DNA of 64,000 nucleotides from Rebecca billardiae RCC1528 (GCA_965240325.2 OZ251229.1:1922001-1986000); one strand, 5' to 3'; counted from the stretch's first letter, positions 21,817-34,350 are shown. Numbers and translations are program-made. Notes: generated from the sequence alone by a model not told the origin.

Positions 21817-24800
21817 TCAGTCGATGTCCATGCCGTCTGCGGCGGCCGCCGGGGCGTCTGCGGCCGCGGCTGGCGCCGCATCGCCGTCCGCCGCCGAAGC
21901 CGCCGGCGCGCCCGCCGATGCGGCCGGCTCGGCCGGCTTGGGCGCGGGCTTGGGCGCTTTGAGCACCGCGCACGACGCCTCGAGCGCCGTGCACTTGGCG
22001 CGGAGCTGCGCGACGAGCAGCGTGGGGTCGGCAGACTTGGGCAGCGCGTCCTGCTTCGCCTGCTCCGCGTCGAGCCAGCTCTTCGCGGCCGCGAGCTCCT
22101 CCGTCGCCTTGCTTTTGTCCGCCGCGGCGATGTGCTCGGTGTCCGCCGACGCCGCGAGCGCCTCCATTTTGCTGATCAGCGCGAGCAGCTCCTGCGCACG
22201 GAGGCGCGCGCGCGGCGGCAGGGGTGGCGCCGCCAGGCGTGAGCGCGCGTGCTGCGAGCGCCCTCAGGCGCGCGCTCCCCGCGCGGCGCGGCGCGGCGCG
22301 GCGCGGCGGCGCGGCGGCGCGGGCCGGCGCCACGGCGCGCGCGCGCGCGTGCCTTCACAGCCGCTGGCCTCTCCTCAGCCTCCTGCGAGCGCGCGGTGAT
22401 CGGTCCGCACAGCTCGAGCAGCAGCTTGTGCTTGCCCTCGTACGCGGCCTTCTCGGCCTCCGCGCCTGCGCGGGCGCAGCGTGCGCGGCGCAGCGCGAGG
22501 TCGGCGTCAGGGGGCCGCGCGCACGGCTGCGGGTGTGCGCGCGGCGCGGGCGAGTGCGCGCGCGCGGCGGGGGAGTGCGCGACCCAGGCGGCGCGCCCCG
22601 CGGCCCGGCGGCGCGCGTCGGCCGCGTCGGCCGTCGGCGCGCGCGCGCGACACACACCGTCCTCGTACAGCCAGTTCTCCGTCTCCTCGAGCTGCGCCAT
22701 GATGCTCCCCCGCTCCGCCTCCGACGAGAACGCCCCCAGCGCCTCGCTCAGGTCGGCGCGCATCTTGTAGACGTAAGCCTCGAGCGCATTCATCTTCTCC
22801 GCGGTCTCGATCAGGATGCGGTCCTGGATAGCCATCTTGCCCTCCTCCTCCTTCGCGTCGAGGACCTCGCGGCCCATCATCGCGCCCCACCGGCTCGCCT
22901 GGGGGCGGGGGGGGGGTGCGCACAGCAGCGCGAGTGAGCGGCTGAGCGGCGTGCCGCGCGCAACAGCTCACGTGCGCTCGCGCTCGACTGTCTGGCCGCG
23001 CCCGCGCCGCCTGCGCGGCCCGCGCGGGCGCGCCTGCGCTATGCAGCAGCGCGGGCTGCGTGGCCCATGCCCTCCCCTCGGCGCGTAGGCGAGCGCCTCG
23101 CATCGCCCGCCGCGCCACCCGCTCGCCCGGCCGCGCCGGCGCCAGGCCCGAGCCCCTCGCGCGCCACCCCCGCCGCGCCGCGCCCGGCGCCGCGCGGTGC
23201 GTCCGCCCTCGCCTCAGCCCGACCCGTCTAGAAATTGTTGGAGCAGTGAGATCACGATGGGTGTGCCCATCGCTCAGATCCGTTGCCAATCGTCACCGGC
23301 GAGACACCACGACGCACGGCCGAGCCCCAGCTCGGCCCCGCCTCCCCTCACGCACACGCCCGCCCCTCCCCTCACCCTGCACCCCGCACCCTCGCACCCC
23401 ACGGCGACACGCGCGGTGCGCGCTGATGCCCTGGCCTGGCCCGCCCGCCCTCTGCGCGCCCGGCTTGACCTCGCGCGCGCGCGAGATCGCGCGAGATCGC
23501 GCGGCACTGACGCGTGCGCACCTCCACTGGCAGGTTGTGGCGCTCGGTCTTCTTCTTGACCTTCTTGACCTTCTGCGGCTCCGCTGGCGTCGCGCCCTCC
23601 GCCGCCGCCGGCGCCGCCGTCGGCGCCCCCTCCGCCGCCGGCGCCGCCTCGGCAGCCGCCGCGGCGGGCGCGGCCGCGGGCGTGGGCGCGTCCTCCCAAA
23701 CCTCGACTTCCTTCTCGTCGATGGCCTGCGCGGACTCGACGACGAGCATGCCGTTGCCGTCGAGGCGGAGCTTGACCTTGACCTTCGACTTGGCCTCGCC
23801 GTTCTCCTTCCCCGCCTTCGACGCCAGCGGCAGCCCGGTCACCGTGAAGTCGGCGATCTTGGAGGGCGTGCCCGGCGGCACGCCCGCGCCCTCTGCGTAT
23901 GACGCGGCGAGCGCAAACGTCGTCGAGCGCCACAGCGTGAGCATCTTGGTGCACGGCATCGAGTTCATCTTGGTGAAGACCTCGGAGCCGCCGGCGCCGG
24001 CGCCGCTGCTCACGCCGCCCTCCGGCGCGTCGTCCGTCTCCATCGACACCGCCTCCGCCCCCGCCGCCTCCCCCGCCGAGTTGGCCCACGAGACCGTGAT
24101 CGGGTACAGGTTGACCTCGTTGATCGAGAAGTCGCGCACGCGGAACGCGGGCGAGAGCATCGCGCCCTGCAGCGCGAGGCCGCGCGCGACGGCCTCGTCG
24201 GCGTTGAGCGTGCGCGAGAGCTCGCGGCCGAGCCAGTTCTTCAGCGCGCCCGCCACGCACGGGATCCGCGAGCCGCCGCCGATCACCTCGCACGAGAAGA
24301 GCTTCTCCTTGGGCACCCCCGACTCCTGCATGCACCGGTCGACGCACGCCATGATCCGGTTCAGCCACGGCTCCGCCCACTCCTCGAACTCGGCGCGCTC
24401 GACCTTGGCCTGCACGTCGATGTCCTCCATGAAGCACTCGATCGCGAGCGTCGAGTGCGAGATCGTCGAGAGCGTCTTGCGCAGCTTCTCGCACGCGGTG
24501 AGCAGGCGGAACGTGGCCTTGGGCGAGGTGAACGCATCGATCTTGTGCTTCTCCTTCCACTGCGCGGCGCAGTGCCGCGCGACGAGCATGTCGAGGTCGC
24601 GCGCGCCGACGGTCTCGGAGGCGACGGCCTTCACGACGAGCTTGCCCTTCGAGAACGCGCAGATCGACACCGTCGTGTCGCCGTGCCCCAGGTCGAAGAT
24701 CATCACGTGGTTCGCGTTGGCCTCGTCCGGCAGCTCGGTCTTGTAGATGCCGTACGCGAGCGCGGCCGCGCTCGTGTCGTGCATCAGCTTGAGCACGTTG

Positions 24801-25458
24801 AGCCCGACGATCTCGGCGGCCTGCATCATGGCCTGCCGCTCGCAGTCCGTCCAGTACGGCGGGATCGAGATCACGCAGTCCGTCACCGGCTTGCCCTCGT
24901 TGTTCGCCTCCGCGATCTGCCGCATGTGGTTGAGCATCATACCCATCACGCGCTCGACGCGCCACGTGTGCTGCTGGTCGGCGTACTGGAACTGCACCTG
25001 CGCGTCGCCCGCCACGTCGCGGATCGAGTACGTCGCGTACTGCAGCTCCGTCTGGATCGCCTCCGACGCGTACCGCTTGCCGATGATCTTCTTCAGCGCG
25101 GTGAACGTGTTCTTGATGTTCGAGGTGATCTGCGACTTGGCGGCCTCGCCCATCCTGCGCTCCTTGCCGGAGAACGCCACCATGCACCTGCGCGCGACGG
25201 CAGGTGGGTGCGCGCCGAGGGGCCCGGCGTGAGCGTGCTCGAGCCGCGGGAGCACCGCGTGGCGTGCACAGGCGCGGCGGTGCCGCGCGCGCGGCAGGCT
25301 GCCGCGCCCAGCGCGAGCGCGCGACCGCGACCGCGACCGCGCGGCGCTCACGGTGTGCTGCGGCTCGACGTCTCGTTTGCCAGCACATCGACACCGCCGC
25401 GGCGAGCAATGCTCACCACGCACGTGTCCGTGCCAATGTCAATTCCGATCACGCTCAT
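21817..25458 (-). CDS. HSP110: Hsp110/Sse-type Hsp70-superfamily chaperone; exons 25458-25352, 25187-23522, 22898-22658, 22465-22353, 22191-21817
   Basis: MSVIGIDIG...NETSSRSTP, ISIPPYWTDCER, YGIYKTELP, TLNADEAVARG, LSPAFRVRDF, NALEAYVY, ENWLYEDG and C-terminal MDID are typical of Hsp110. All introns are phase-consistent. Confidence 0.95.
23208..23303 (-). ncRNA. Putative intronic box C/D snoRNA in the 623-nt Hsp110 intron
   Basis: 6-bp terminal stem CTCGCC/GGCGAG, box C GTGACGA, D' CTGA, a 7-bp internal hairpin and box D CTGA. The guide is antisense to the conserved LSU rRNA sequence CCCGACCCGUCUUGAAA as recalled. Confidence 0.75.
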
Positions 25459-25835
25459 GTGGCGTGCGTTGTGGGAAGAGTCGGCGCGGGCGTTGGTGAG
25501 CTGCCACCAGCGTGCGTGCCAAGCCTAGACGCGGTCGAGATGCAGCGCTGGCGAGTCCTGCGCCCCCGGAAGAGGGCCAGAAGGGTAAAAACCGGACTCC
25601 CTTGGCAGGCGCCACCGCGCCAGCCGCCAGGCAGCCGAGGGGTCCGGGAGCGAACGCTCAGTCGCTCACCAGCAAGGCGAGGCGTCGACCTGGCGCGGGC
25701 GGCTGCGGCGCCGCTCGCCAGCTTGCCCGATGCGCTCGCCCGCAGTCGAGGACTGCAGCTGCCGTGGGTCCAAGGCTGCCCAGGTACACCGGCGGGCGAG
25801 GGGGCACGAGCGCCGCGGGCAGCGCGCGGCGCGAC

Positions 25836-26606
25836 ATGGAGTACGATGGCAGCATCGGTGAGGGCAACGGCGGCCCTGCCCAGCCGACCGCCCCAGCGGC
25901 AGTCGACCTCTCCCTTGGCCTGGAGCAGATGCGCGTCTCGGACGGCTCCGGGGCGGGCAGCGACAAAACAAAACAGCTCGACGACAAGCAGCTGCAGCTG
26001 AAGCAGCTGCTCGAGCCGCTGGACAAGGACAAGCTGAAGAGCATCGTGCTCCAGCTCGCCGCCAACGACAGCGCGCTCGCCGAGCAGTGCATCACCATGG
26101 CCGCCGAGGACCTCTCCAACCGGAAGCTCTTCGTGCGCGGCCTCGCGTGGGCGACGACAGACGAGGGCCTCAAGCAGGCGTTCAGCGAGTACGGCGAGAT
26201 CGCGGAGGGGGGCATCGCGGTGGATCGCATGACCGGCAAGTCGCGCGGCTTCGGCTTCGTCACCTTCCAGACCGCGAGCGCCGCGCAGGCGGCGCTGCGC
26301 GAGCCGAACAAGGTGATCGACGGTAGGCAGACAACCTGCAACCTCGCGAGCGCGGGTGTGCAGCAGCGCGGCGCGGGGGGCGGCGGGCGCGGGCACGCGA
26401 TGGGCTCGTACGGCGGGGGCCGCGGCGGGGGCGGCTACGGCCGCGGCGGCGGCGTGCCCATCTCGCCGCGCATGCCGAACAACATGCCGAACGTGGCGGT
26501 GAGCGCCATGCCCACGTCATACGAGCGCTACCTGAGCTCAATCTACTCAAACTATGCGCCGCCCATGATGCCGCCGCCGTCGGGGTACGAGAACATGGGG
26601 CGCTGA
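25836..26606 (+). CDS. RRM RNA-binding protein, UBP1-associated protein 2 (UBA2)-like, with RGG tail
   Basis: RNP2 KLFVRGL, RNP1 RGFGFVTF, an upstream LLEPLDKDKL helix, and Gly/RGG and Pro-rich tails. Confidence 0.88.
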   Translation: MEYDGSIGEGNGGPAQPTAPAAVDLSLGLEQMRVSDGSGAGSDKTKQLDDKQLQLKQLLEPLDKDKLKSIVLQLAANDSALAEQCITMAAEDLSNRKLFVRGLAWATTDEGLKQAFSEYGEIAEGGIAVDRMTGKSRGFGFVTFQTASAAQAALREPNKVIDGRQTTCNLASAGVQQRGAGGGGRGHAMGSYGGGRGGGGYGRGGGVPISPRMPNNMPNVAVSAMPTSYERYLSSIYSNYAPPMMPPPSGYENMGR

Positions 26607-27568
26607 GAGCGCGGGGCCGCGCGCGCGCTGGCGAGGGCGCGGCCGGTGTGCGAGGACGCGGCGCCGGGCTCGCCGGGCGAGCGCGCACGCTGGCGTTGCC
26701 GCTCGGACGCGTGTCGGCGGCTCATGGCGGCTGCTGGCGCGCGCATGGCTGGCGAGAGTGGACGGGTGAGAGTGTGCGTGTTGGTTGGTGTGAGGCGCGG
26801 CATGGGCGTGCATGGACGCATGTGGGAGGAGGCTGTGGCGTGGAGTGGAATGAGGGGCAATGGCGGGGCATGTGGCGGGACGGGCCACGCACCCAGTCGG
26901 CACTCGGTCCGGCATGGTACCGCCACCCGCGCTCGGGATAACGGCGGGCGACGCTCCTGAGTAAGACGCTGTGGCCGGCTGACGCGCTGCGACGCCGACC
27001 GCCGGTCACGGTGCGCTTGCCCGCGACGGTCCCCGGGGCCAGGGCTACCGGCGGGACCCGAGTTGCAACGAGTCATCGCCACGCGGACAGACTGAGATGG
27101 CGCCAGTCCGCCGGCCACGCCGCACGCGTGCGGACACGGGACCGCCGAGTCTTACTTATATGACATTACTTAGTCAGACTGAGTAAATAAGAGTATTCAC
27201 TGTCATTTGTAACTATGTAGTCTGTACTACTCTCCGCCAGTAGTTACGAATGCGAGTACGGTCCGTGCTGCGTGCGCGAGCCTTACTAATATTTACTAAT
27301 CAGTAGTAAGTACTAATACTCGGACCGTACGGGTAGCCACACACACACTACACAGCCAGCCACGGCCCGTACAGGGATGGTGGGCCGGCGGCTCACTTAG
27401 TCTCTGAGTCTGACAGTCGATTCCAGACCCGTGCCCGTCCGGCGTGGGCTGCGTAGTGCGTCCCGGCGTGGCGGGAGTGCAGCCAGTATACGTGCGGATT
27501 CCCGCCCGGAATCCGGATGGGATCGAGACGGAGAAATCGCGGACTCGGACGCATCGCCGCCGTCGTCG

Positions 27569-29784
27569 TCACGCGCTCACGGCCTTCGACGCGTCGTCCT
27601 CCGACGCGCCGCTGCCGGCGTGAGACTGCCCCGGGGCGGCCGCCGCTCCGCCGCCCGCAGCCGCGGCGACCACGTGTGCCTGTGCGGCCGCGTGGATGCT
27701 GGCCAGGTGCGCCTCCCGCCGCGGCGCGCCGTCGCGCAGCTGCTCGCGCAGCTGGAGCATCGTCACGTGCCGCGGCTGCCCCGAGGCATCGCGCACGCGC
27801 ACGGCGCCCTTCGTCCCGTTCCTCACAGAGCGTGGCGGCACGCGTGCCGGGCACTGCTGCGGCGTGGGCAAGTCGGCCGCGGGCAGCTCCGCGCGCGCCG
27901 CGTGCTTGCCGTCCGCGGGCTCAGCGGCGCCGTCGCCCTCAGCCGCCGCGCCGCCCGCGCCGCCCGGCCTCGCCGCCGCCGCCTCCGGCTTGTCAGCAAG
28001 CAGCGCCAGCACAGGCCGCAGCCGCATGTCCACGTGCTGCCCAGTCCACCTGCAGACTGACCGAGTCACCTCTGCCGTTGCCTCGTGCAGCTTCTGCGCG
28101 CGTGCGGACGCGAGCGAAGCGGCGCGGCGGGGCGCGGGCGGCGCGGGCGCGCGGCGTCAGGTGGCGCCTGCGGGCGGCGTGCGCCACGGCCGCCCTGCGC
28201 CGAGCCCGCGAGGCTCGGTGCAGCGCGCGCGCGCGCGGGTGCGCGGCCGCGCACGCACCTCGTCCACGCCCTTGTGCGCACGCAGCTGCCGCTCGATCAG
28301 CGAGCGGAGCGCGCGCAGCTCCGTGTCGCGTGCTCCGTCGCGCTCGGCCTCAGACGCAACGTGCTGAGCTAACCGCTCTCGCAGTGAGTCGAGCGCGGCC
28401 TCGTGCAGCGCGCGCCACTCCGCCTCGGCCGCGGCGGCCGTGCTCTCGTCCTCCGCGCGCGCGCGCCGCGCGCCGCGCTTGCGCACGCTCCCGCCGGCGC
28501 TCGAGCTGCCCGCAGCGCTGCCGCCCGCGCCGCCGCCGCCGACGGTGCTTGCTGAGGTGCCGTCGTCCGCGACGGAAGCGCCACTGCCCAGGCTGCCCGC
28601 ACTGGTCCGGCCGCCGCCCCGCCCGCCGCCCATGCAGATCGAGCTCGAGTCGTCGAGGACGGACGCCGCGGAGCCGAGCGAGATGAAGTCGCCGCCGCAC
28701 GAGGACGGCGGCGCCGCGCCGACGGGCGGCGAGCGCACGCTCGAGCTGTCCCCGCCGCAGTCTGAGGCCGCGTCGTCAGGCGCGCCGACGGTCGCGGCGG
28801 CAGCGTCGGCGCCCTCCTCTGGCCGTCCGCCGCGCCGGAGTAGGCTGCCGTCGTGCTGCGGCGGCATCAGCGCGGAGAGCGCCGCGGCGGCCGGCGACGC
28901 GCAGCCCCCGTCCGCGTTCCCCTGCGCCTCCACCTCCGGGAAGCTCGCGGGCAACTCGGCAGATGATGCGAGCTGCGCGGCAGTGGGCGCGGCCACAGCC
29001 GCGGCCGCGTGCACGGACCGCGCGCCGCTGTCGTGGGCAGCCGGCTGCTGCGCCAGCGCGGCGGTGGCGGCGGGCGCGGCCGGCGCCTGCGTGCCCGCCT
29101 GCGCGGGCACGGGCACGAGCGCGCGGAGGGGCGGCTGCTGCGGCGGCGGCGGCGGCCCGCGTGGCGGCGGCGGCGGCATCGGCGGCATCGGCGGCTGCAG
29201 CAGCACACCGCAGCCCGCGCCCGAGCCCAGCCTCAGGAGTCTGTAGAGGGACGCCGGCGCGGCGGAGGGCTCGCACTCGCACAGCTCGTCGCGCGCGCGC
29301 GCGAAGGCGGAGGAGACCGCGCCGATCGCGAAGCACTTCGCGCCCACGTTGATCGCCCGGCTGCGCACACCCTCGATGGCGAGGGGCGGCGGAGGATAGC
29401 CGCGCGCCGCGGCGAGCGGCGGGCGCGGCACAAAGACGGGTCGCTCATCCGCCGCCTCCCGCCACGCCACCTGCGTGTGCGCGAAGTCGAAGGCCGCGTA
29501 GTGCCGAAGCAGCCCGAGCAGCGCCGCGCCGAGGTCGGGCTGCTCCGCGCTCGGCAGCCGCGCGAGGAACGGCTCCAAACCGCCTGGCTCGGACCCGTCG
29601 ACGCTCCAGCCCGCGGGCGCACCCAGATAGTCACCATCCCATTGGGTGCCATGCCCGCCTACCGAGCCGAAGCCAACGCCGCCCTCCGCGCCGCCCTGCG
29701 GCACGAAGTCGGCCTCGTAGCCACCGCCACCGCCGCGCCACTCCTCGCTCTGGCCGCGCCACCCCTCGCCCTCGCCCTCGTCCT

Positions 29785-29846
<62 letters not shown>

Positions 29847-31072
29847 CCGGCGGGGCGCTGACTCCCGTGCCGCGCGGCCGCGGCCTCGTGCCGGAGGTAG
29901 GCGATGACGAGGAGCACGACGGCGTGCGCGCAAAGCCCGCCCGTGTACGTCTGGTTGAGCCCGAGCGCCGCCAGGTAGTGCTTGAGGCACAGCGTCAGCG
30001 GCCGCACGGCGGGCAGCTCCGCCATCGCCGCGCGGATTGGCCCGACCGCGAGCAGGCCTGCGTGCGATTCCACGCCCGTGCCGTCCGCGGCGAGCGAGAC
30101 GTCGACGTCGAAGAGCGAGGAGAGCGAGGGCACCCCGCAGCGCAGCTTGAGCACGGGCACCTGCGCGTTCGCGAGCAGCTGCGAGCCCACCACGTGCGGC
30201 CGCGCCTGCATGAACGCGTGCAGCGCGAGCAGCAGCTGCCCTGCGGGCGCAGCCGGCGCGTTCAGCACAACGAGATCGATATCTGAAATCGGCGTGCAGA
30301 GCCCGGTGGCGAGGGAGCCGTACACGCGCGCGTCGGCGTGCGGCCAGAAGGCGCGCACGTCGCACGCGACGAGCTCGACCACGCGCTGCCGCAGCGCCGC
30401 CTGCCGGTGCACCGTCTCGTCATTCGCCTCGACGAAACGCAGCAGCTCGCGGTGCAGAGGGGAGAAGGCGGAGGCGGAGGCGGCGGCCGAGGCGGCGGCC
30501 GCCGCGGCCGAGACCGCGGCGGTCGCGGCGGCGGGCGGCGTGGCGGGGGCGAGGGGCGGCGGCGCGTGCGGCTGGGCGGCGGAGGGCGCGATCGATGGCT
30601 GGCGCGGCGGCGTGCTCGGCAGCGCGCCCGCGCAAGGCACGAGCGCGGCCGCGTGCTCGCGCGCGCCGGGTGGCGTCGGCGCAGCCAGCGCTCTCGGCGG
30701 CGACGCGAGGAGCTCGGGCGGCAGCAGCCCGGCGTGTGAGGTGAGGGGTACACCTGTCACGCCTGGGCGTGCGGGAGCGGCGCCCACCAGCGCACTCAGC
30801 GGCGCCGCGCTTCCCCTGTCCGTGGGATGGGTGAGTGCGTGTGTGACACACGGCGATGCCGCGGCGGCCGCCGCCGCGGCCGGTGGGAAGGTGGGCGGCA
30901 CAGCCGCGGCTGCGCGGGCGGCGGTGGTCGCCTTGTGCATGGCGGCCTCGGCGAGCACCGTGACGCGCTCGAGCGCCTCCTCCAGGCTGCGCACTCTTGC
31001 GGTGAGCGCGTGCAGCGAATCAGTCGGTTCCAGCGCCGGGGCGCTCGCGTCTGGCTGCAGCGATGGCGCCAT
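27569..31072 (-). CDS. TRF4/PAPD5-like non-canonical poly(A) polymerase / terminal nucleotidyltransferase; exons ~31072-28259, 28093-27569
   Basis: Pol-beta motif VYGSLATGLCTPISDIDLVV, a third Asp in DVDVS, GLNQTYTGGL, and PAP-associated DLGAALLGLLRHYA...NVG. The start could instead be 31165. Confidence 0.85.
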
Positions 31073-31428
31073 CTCGACGTGGTGGCCGTGCACGACCACC
31101 TTGTGCGTGCCTCTCAGCGAGCCGCGCACGGGCCCTCGCCCGCGCCCGATGCGGAGGGCGCCCATGGCGCCCGAGCAATCAGCCGTCGTCCAGCAGCCCC
31201 AGCCAGGGCCAACCGAGGCGGCCGCGTGCTCTTGGCCGGAAGCCACATCAATGATCAAAGGACACGATGGCTTGCTTGCTGCTTGATCGTCAACAGCCGT
31301 GAAGCGCAAGATGCCCAGTCCGGGCGCTCCCGACCGGCCCGGATTGTCTCCTGCACAGGGCGGGGCGGCTCCCGCCGAAAGCGCAGTGGCGGTGGGAGTC
31401 CCAGTAGGACCCGGGGCGCGGATCTTCC

Positions 31429-33961
31429 ATGCTCGGCGAGTCGGGCGCGCCGGCCGGCGCCGGCGAGGCACTCGACCTCGCGAGCGTGCCCGGCGCCGAG
31501 GGCCCGCCTCCCGAGGAAGGCGACCGCCTCATCGACGAGGCGGCGGACGACGTCGAGGTGCGATGCCACGCGCGCGCGACCGCGGGCAAGATGCCACCGT
31601 CGCGCTGCCTCCACTCGGCGACATGCGTGGACGACAAGCTGTACGTGTTCGGCGGCAAGGGTGCGTCCGGGCCCCTGGGCGATCTGCATGTGCTCGACAT
31701 GAAGACGAGCACCTGGACGGCCGCCAAGCCCGGCGGCGCCCAGCCCGCCGCGCGCTTTGGCCACGCGGCCGTCTCACCGAGCGCCGAGTGCATACTCATG
31801 TTCGGAGGCATGGCGTCGGGGCACTCGACGTTCAACTTTGGCGGCGGCGGCGGGCGCGGCGGCGGCGGAGGCGGCGCTGACGGCGGCGGCGCGCCCGCGA
31901 GCGGCGAGGCCCCCGCCGTGGGCGGCGCCGCGGCGCACGGCGCCGGCCAGCTCGAGCGGCAGCAGGAGTGCGTCGACGAGCTGTACGAGTTAGCGCTGCC
32001 CGGGCTCGAGTGGTCGCTCGTCGCGCCGAGCAAGGGGTCTGCGCCGAGCCCGCGGTACAAGCACACCGCGACGTGCATCCCGGGGCGGAAAGGCAGGGCG
32101 AGCGTCTTCGTCTTCGGCGGCTGCACGGACGAGGGCGACCCGCTGAGTGACCAGCACATGCTGGACTGCGACACCAAGGCGTGGACTATTGTCGACTCGC
32201 ACGGCGAGCCGCCCTCGCCCCGCTTCGGGCATTCGGCGACGTACCTGCCCTCGCGCAAGATCATCGTGCTCGGCGGGACGGACGGCGTCAAGCCCGACGA
32301 GGCCACCGCGCCGCTCGACCCCGAGCTGCCGCCGCACAGGACGACGAAGTCGCTGCACCCGATGTGCGTGCGCGCGCGCGGTCGCGTGCGCCCGGCGCTC
32401 CGCACGTGCGCGCGTGCGCGCGTGCGCGCGTGCGCGCGTGCGCGCGGCGCGCGGCGCGCGGTGCGCGGCGGAGGGGTGGCGCGTGCTGAGACCGCGCGCG
32501 GGCGCGCCCCCGCCCGATCCACGCGCGCCGCGCAGGACGCTGCACGTCCTCGACCTCGACACGCTCACGTGGTCGCAGCCGGTCGCGAAGGGAGCGAACA
32601 CGGGCGCGGAGCCGTCGGCGCGCTGCTACCACTCGGCTGCGCTGTGCGGCAAGAACCTCTTCGTGCTGGGCGGGCAGGTGCACGCGTGGCTGCTCGCGAA
32701 CCACCACTACGTGCACGGCACGTACATCCTCGAGACGAGCAAGCTCGAGTGGGAGCACAACACCATCAAAGGCGACTCATTCATCCCGTACCCAGGGGCG
32801 TCCCTGCTCGGGCACACGGCGACGGCGGCCGACGCGTCTTCGCTGTATCTGGCGTTCGGCACGGTGGAGTCGACCTCGGCGTTCGAGTACTCGCGGATCT
32901 TCTGGGACATCGCGACGGACGCGAAGCAGAAGCTCAACCCGTCCGTGCTGCCCAAGCCCACCGACGGCGGCGCGTACAACACCACCTTCAAGCTGCTCTG
33001 CGTCGGCGATGCGGGCGTGGGCAAAACCTGCCTGGTGACGCGTTTCGTGGAGGACATGTACTCAGAGTCGAACAAGTCGACGATCGGCGTGGACTTCAAG
33101 ACGATGAGCCTGGAGATGGACGGGCGGTCGGTGGGGCTGCAGCTGTGGGACACGGCGGGGCAGGAGCGCTTTCGCTCGCTCACCTCCGCCTACTACCGCG
33201 GGGTGCGCGCGGCGCGTCCGTGGCCGCGCCCCGCGGCGCGCCGCCGACGCGCCGGGCGGCCGGCAGGCCTCAGGGGGGGGCGCATGGCTCGGTGGGGGCT
33301 CCCGGCACGGCCGAGCGGCCGCGCACTCGTCTGCGCGCCCGCGCGCGCACCGCGCGCCTCACTCCCTTCGCCCTCCCCGGTCCGCCCGCGCCGCGCCGCG
33401 CCCGCCGCGCCGCGCCCGCCGGCACACACCGCACGCCCGCCCGCGCGGCTCCGCCCGCGCGCCCGCCTCTCCGCCCCTCAGGCGCACGGCGTCGTCCTAG
33501 TGTACGACTGCACGGACGCGCACACGTTTGAGAACCTTCTCGGCTGGATGAAGGACCTGAACGCGTACTGCGGCGAGGAGGCGGTGAAGCTGCTGATCTC
33601 GAACAAGACGGACGCGTCGGAGCGCCGCGTCGTCACCGCCGAGCAGGGGCAGGACTTCGCCAACGAGCACGGCCTTCTGTTCATGGAGGCGAGCGCTAAG
33701 ACAGCCACCAACGTCAAGGCGGCGTTCCGCCTGCTGGTCGCGGAGGTGATGCACAAGGCGGACACGCTCGCGAGCCAGCCGCCCGCCTTCCAGGAGAAGG
33801 TGCGCCGCGCGCGCGCGCGCGCGCGCCTCTCGCCAAGCCGCGCGGCGCTGATCACCGCGCGCGCCCGTGGCTACGCGCGCGCGCGGTGTGCGCAGGTGAA
33901 GCTCCACGCCGAGCGCAGCAGCCGATACAGGAAGCAGGGCGGCGTGCAGTGCTGTCAATAA
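31429..33961 (+). CDS. Kelch-repeat beta-propeller fused to a C-terminal Rab GTPase; exons 31429-32363, 32536-33202, 33482-33799, 33896-33961
   Basis: Five to six R-x-x-H-S/T-A...FGG kelch repeats. GDAGVGKT, TIGVDF, LQLWDTAGQERFRSLTSAYYRG, NKTD, EASAK and C-terminal CCQ. Confidence 0.9.
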
Positions 33962-34350
33962 TGGCATGGCCCGGGGCCGCACCGCGGCCGGCTTCGGTGG
34001 CCAGTGATGAGCGACAATCGCCAGTGACCCCCCCTATCGTACTCCGTAGTCTGATCCCGCCTCAGCATCAGCAGTGTCACCAGTGCCAGCATGGGCATCG
34101 CGAGCGCGCGCGCGCTGTGACCGCGGACGCCGGTCGGCCACACCTAGCCTCGGCGCTTGATGCCATCGCGCGCTTGCTTGCCGTCGATACGAAGCGGCGG
34201 GAAGGCGCTGTGATTTCAGTCTTCGGAAGGTGGGCGGCTCGCGAGTTTCGGCAATTCAGCGCGCTGATGACGAGCAGAGGCGGAGCACACACGTTCGGCC
34301 GAGACGCGTGACAGGCGCGCTCGAGCGCACGGCATTAGCGACGGTCGTCC

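Noticed and set aside
23275-23290. GCAACGGATCT similarity to the 5' part of 5.8S rRNA
   Set aside because: Only about 11 nt and no further rRNA similarity. It is better explained as part of the snoRNA candidate.
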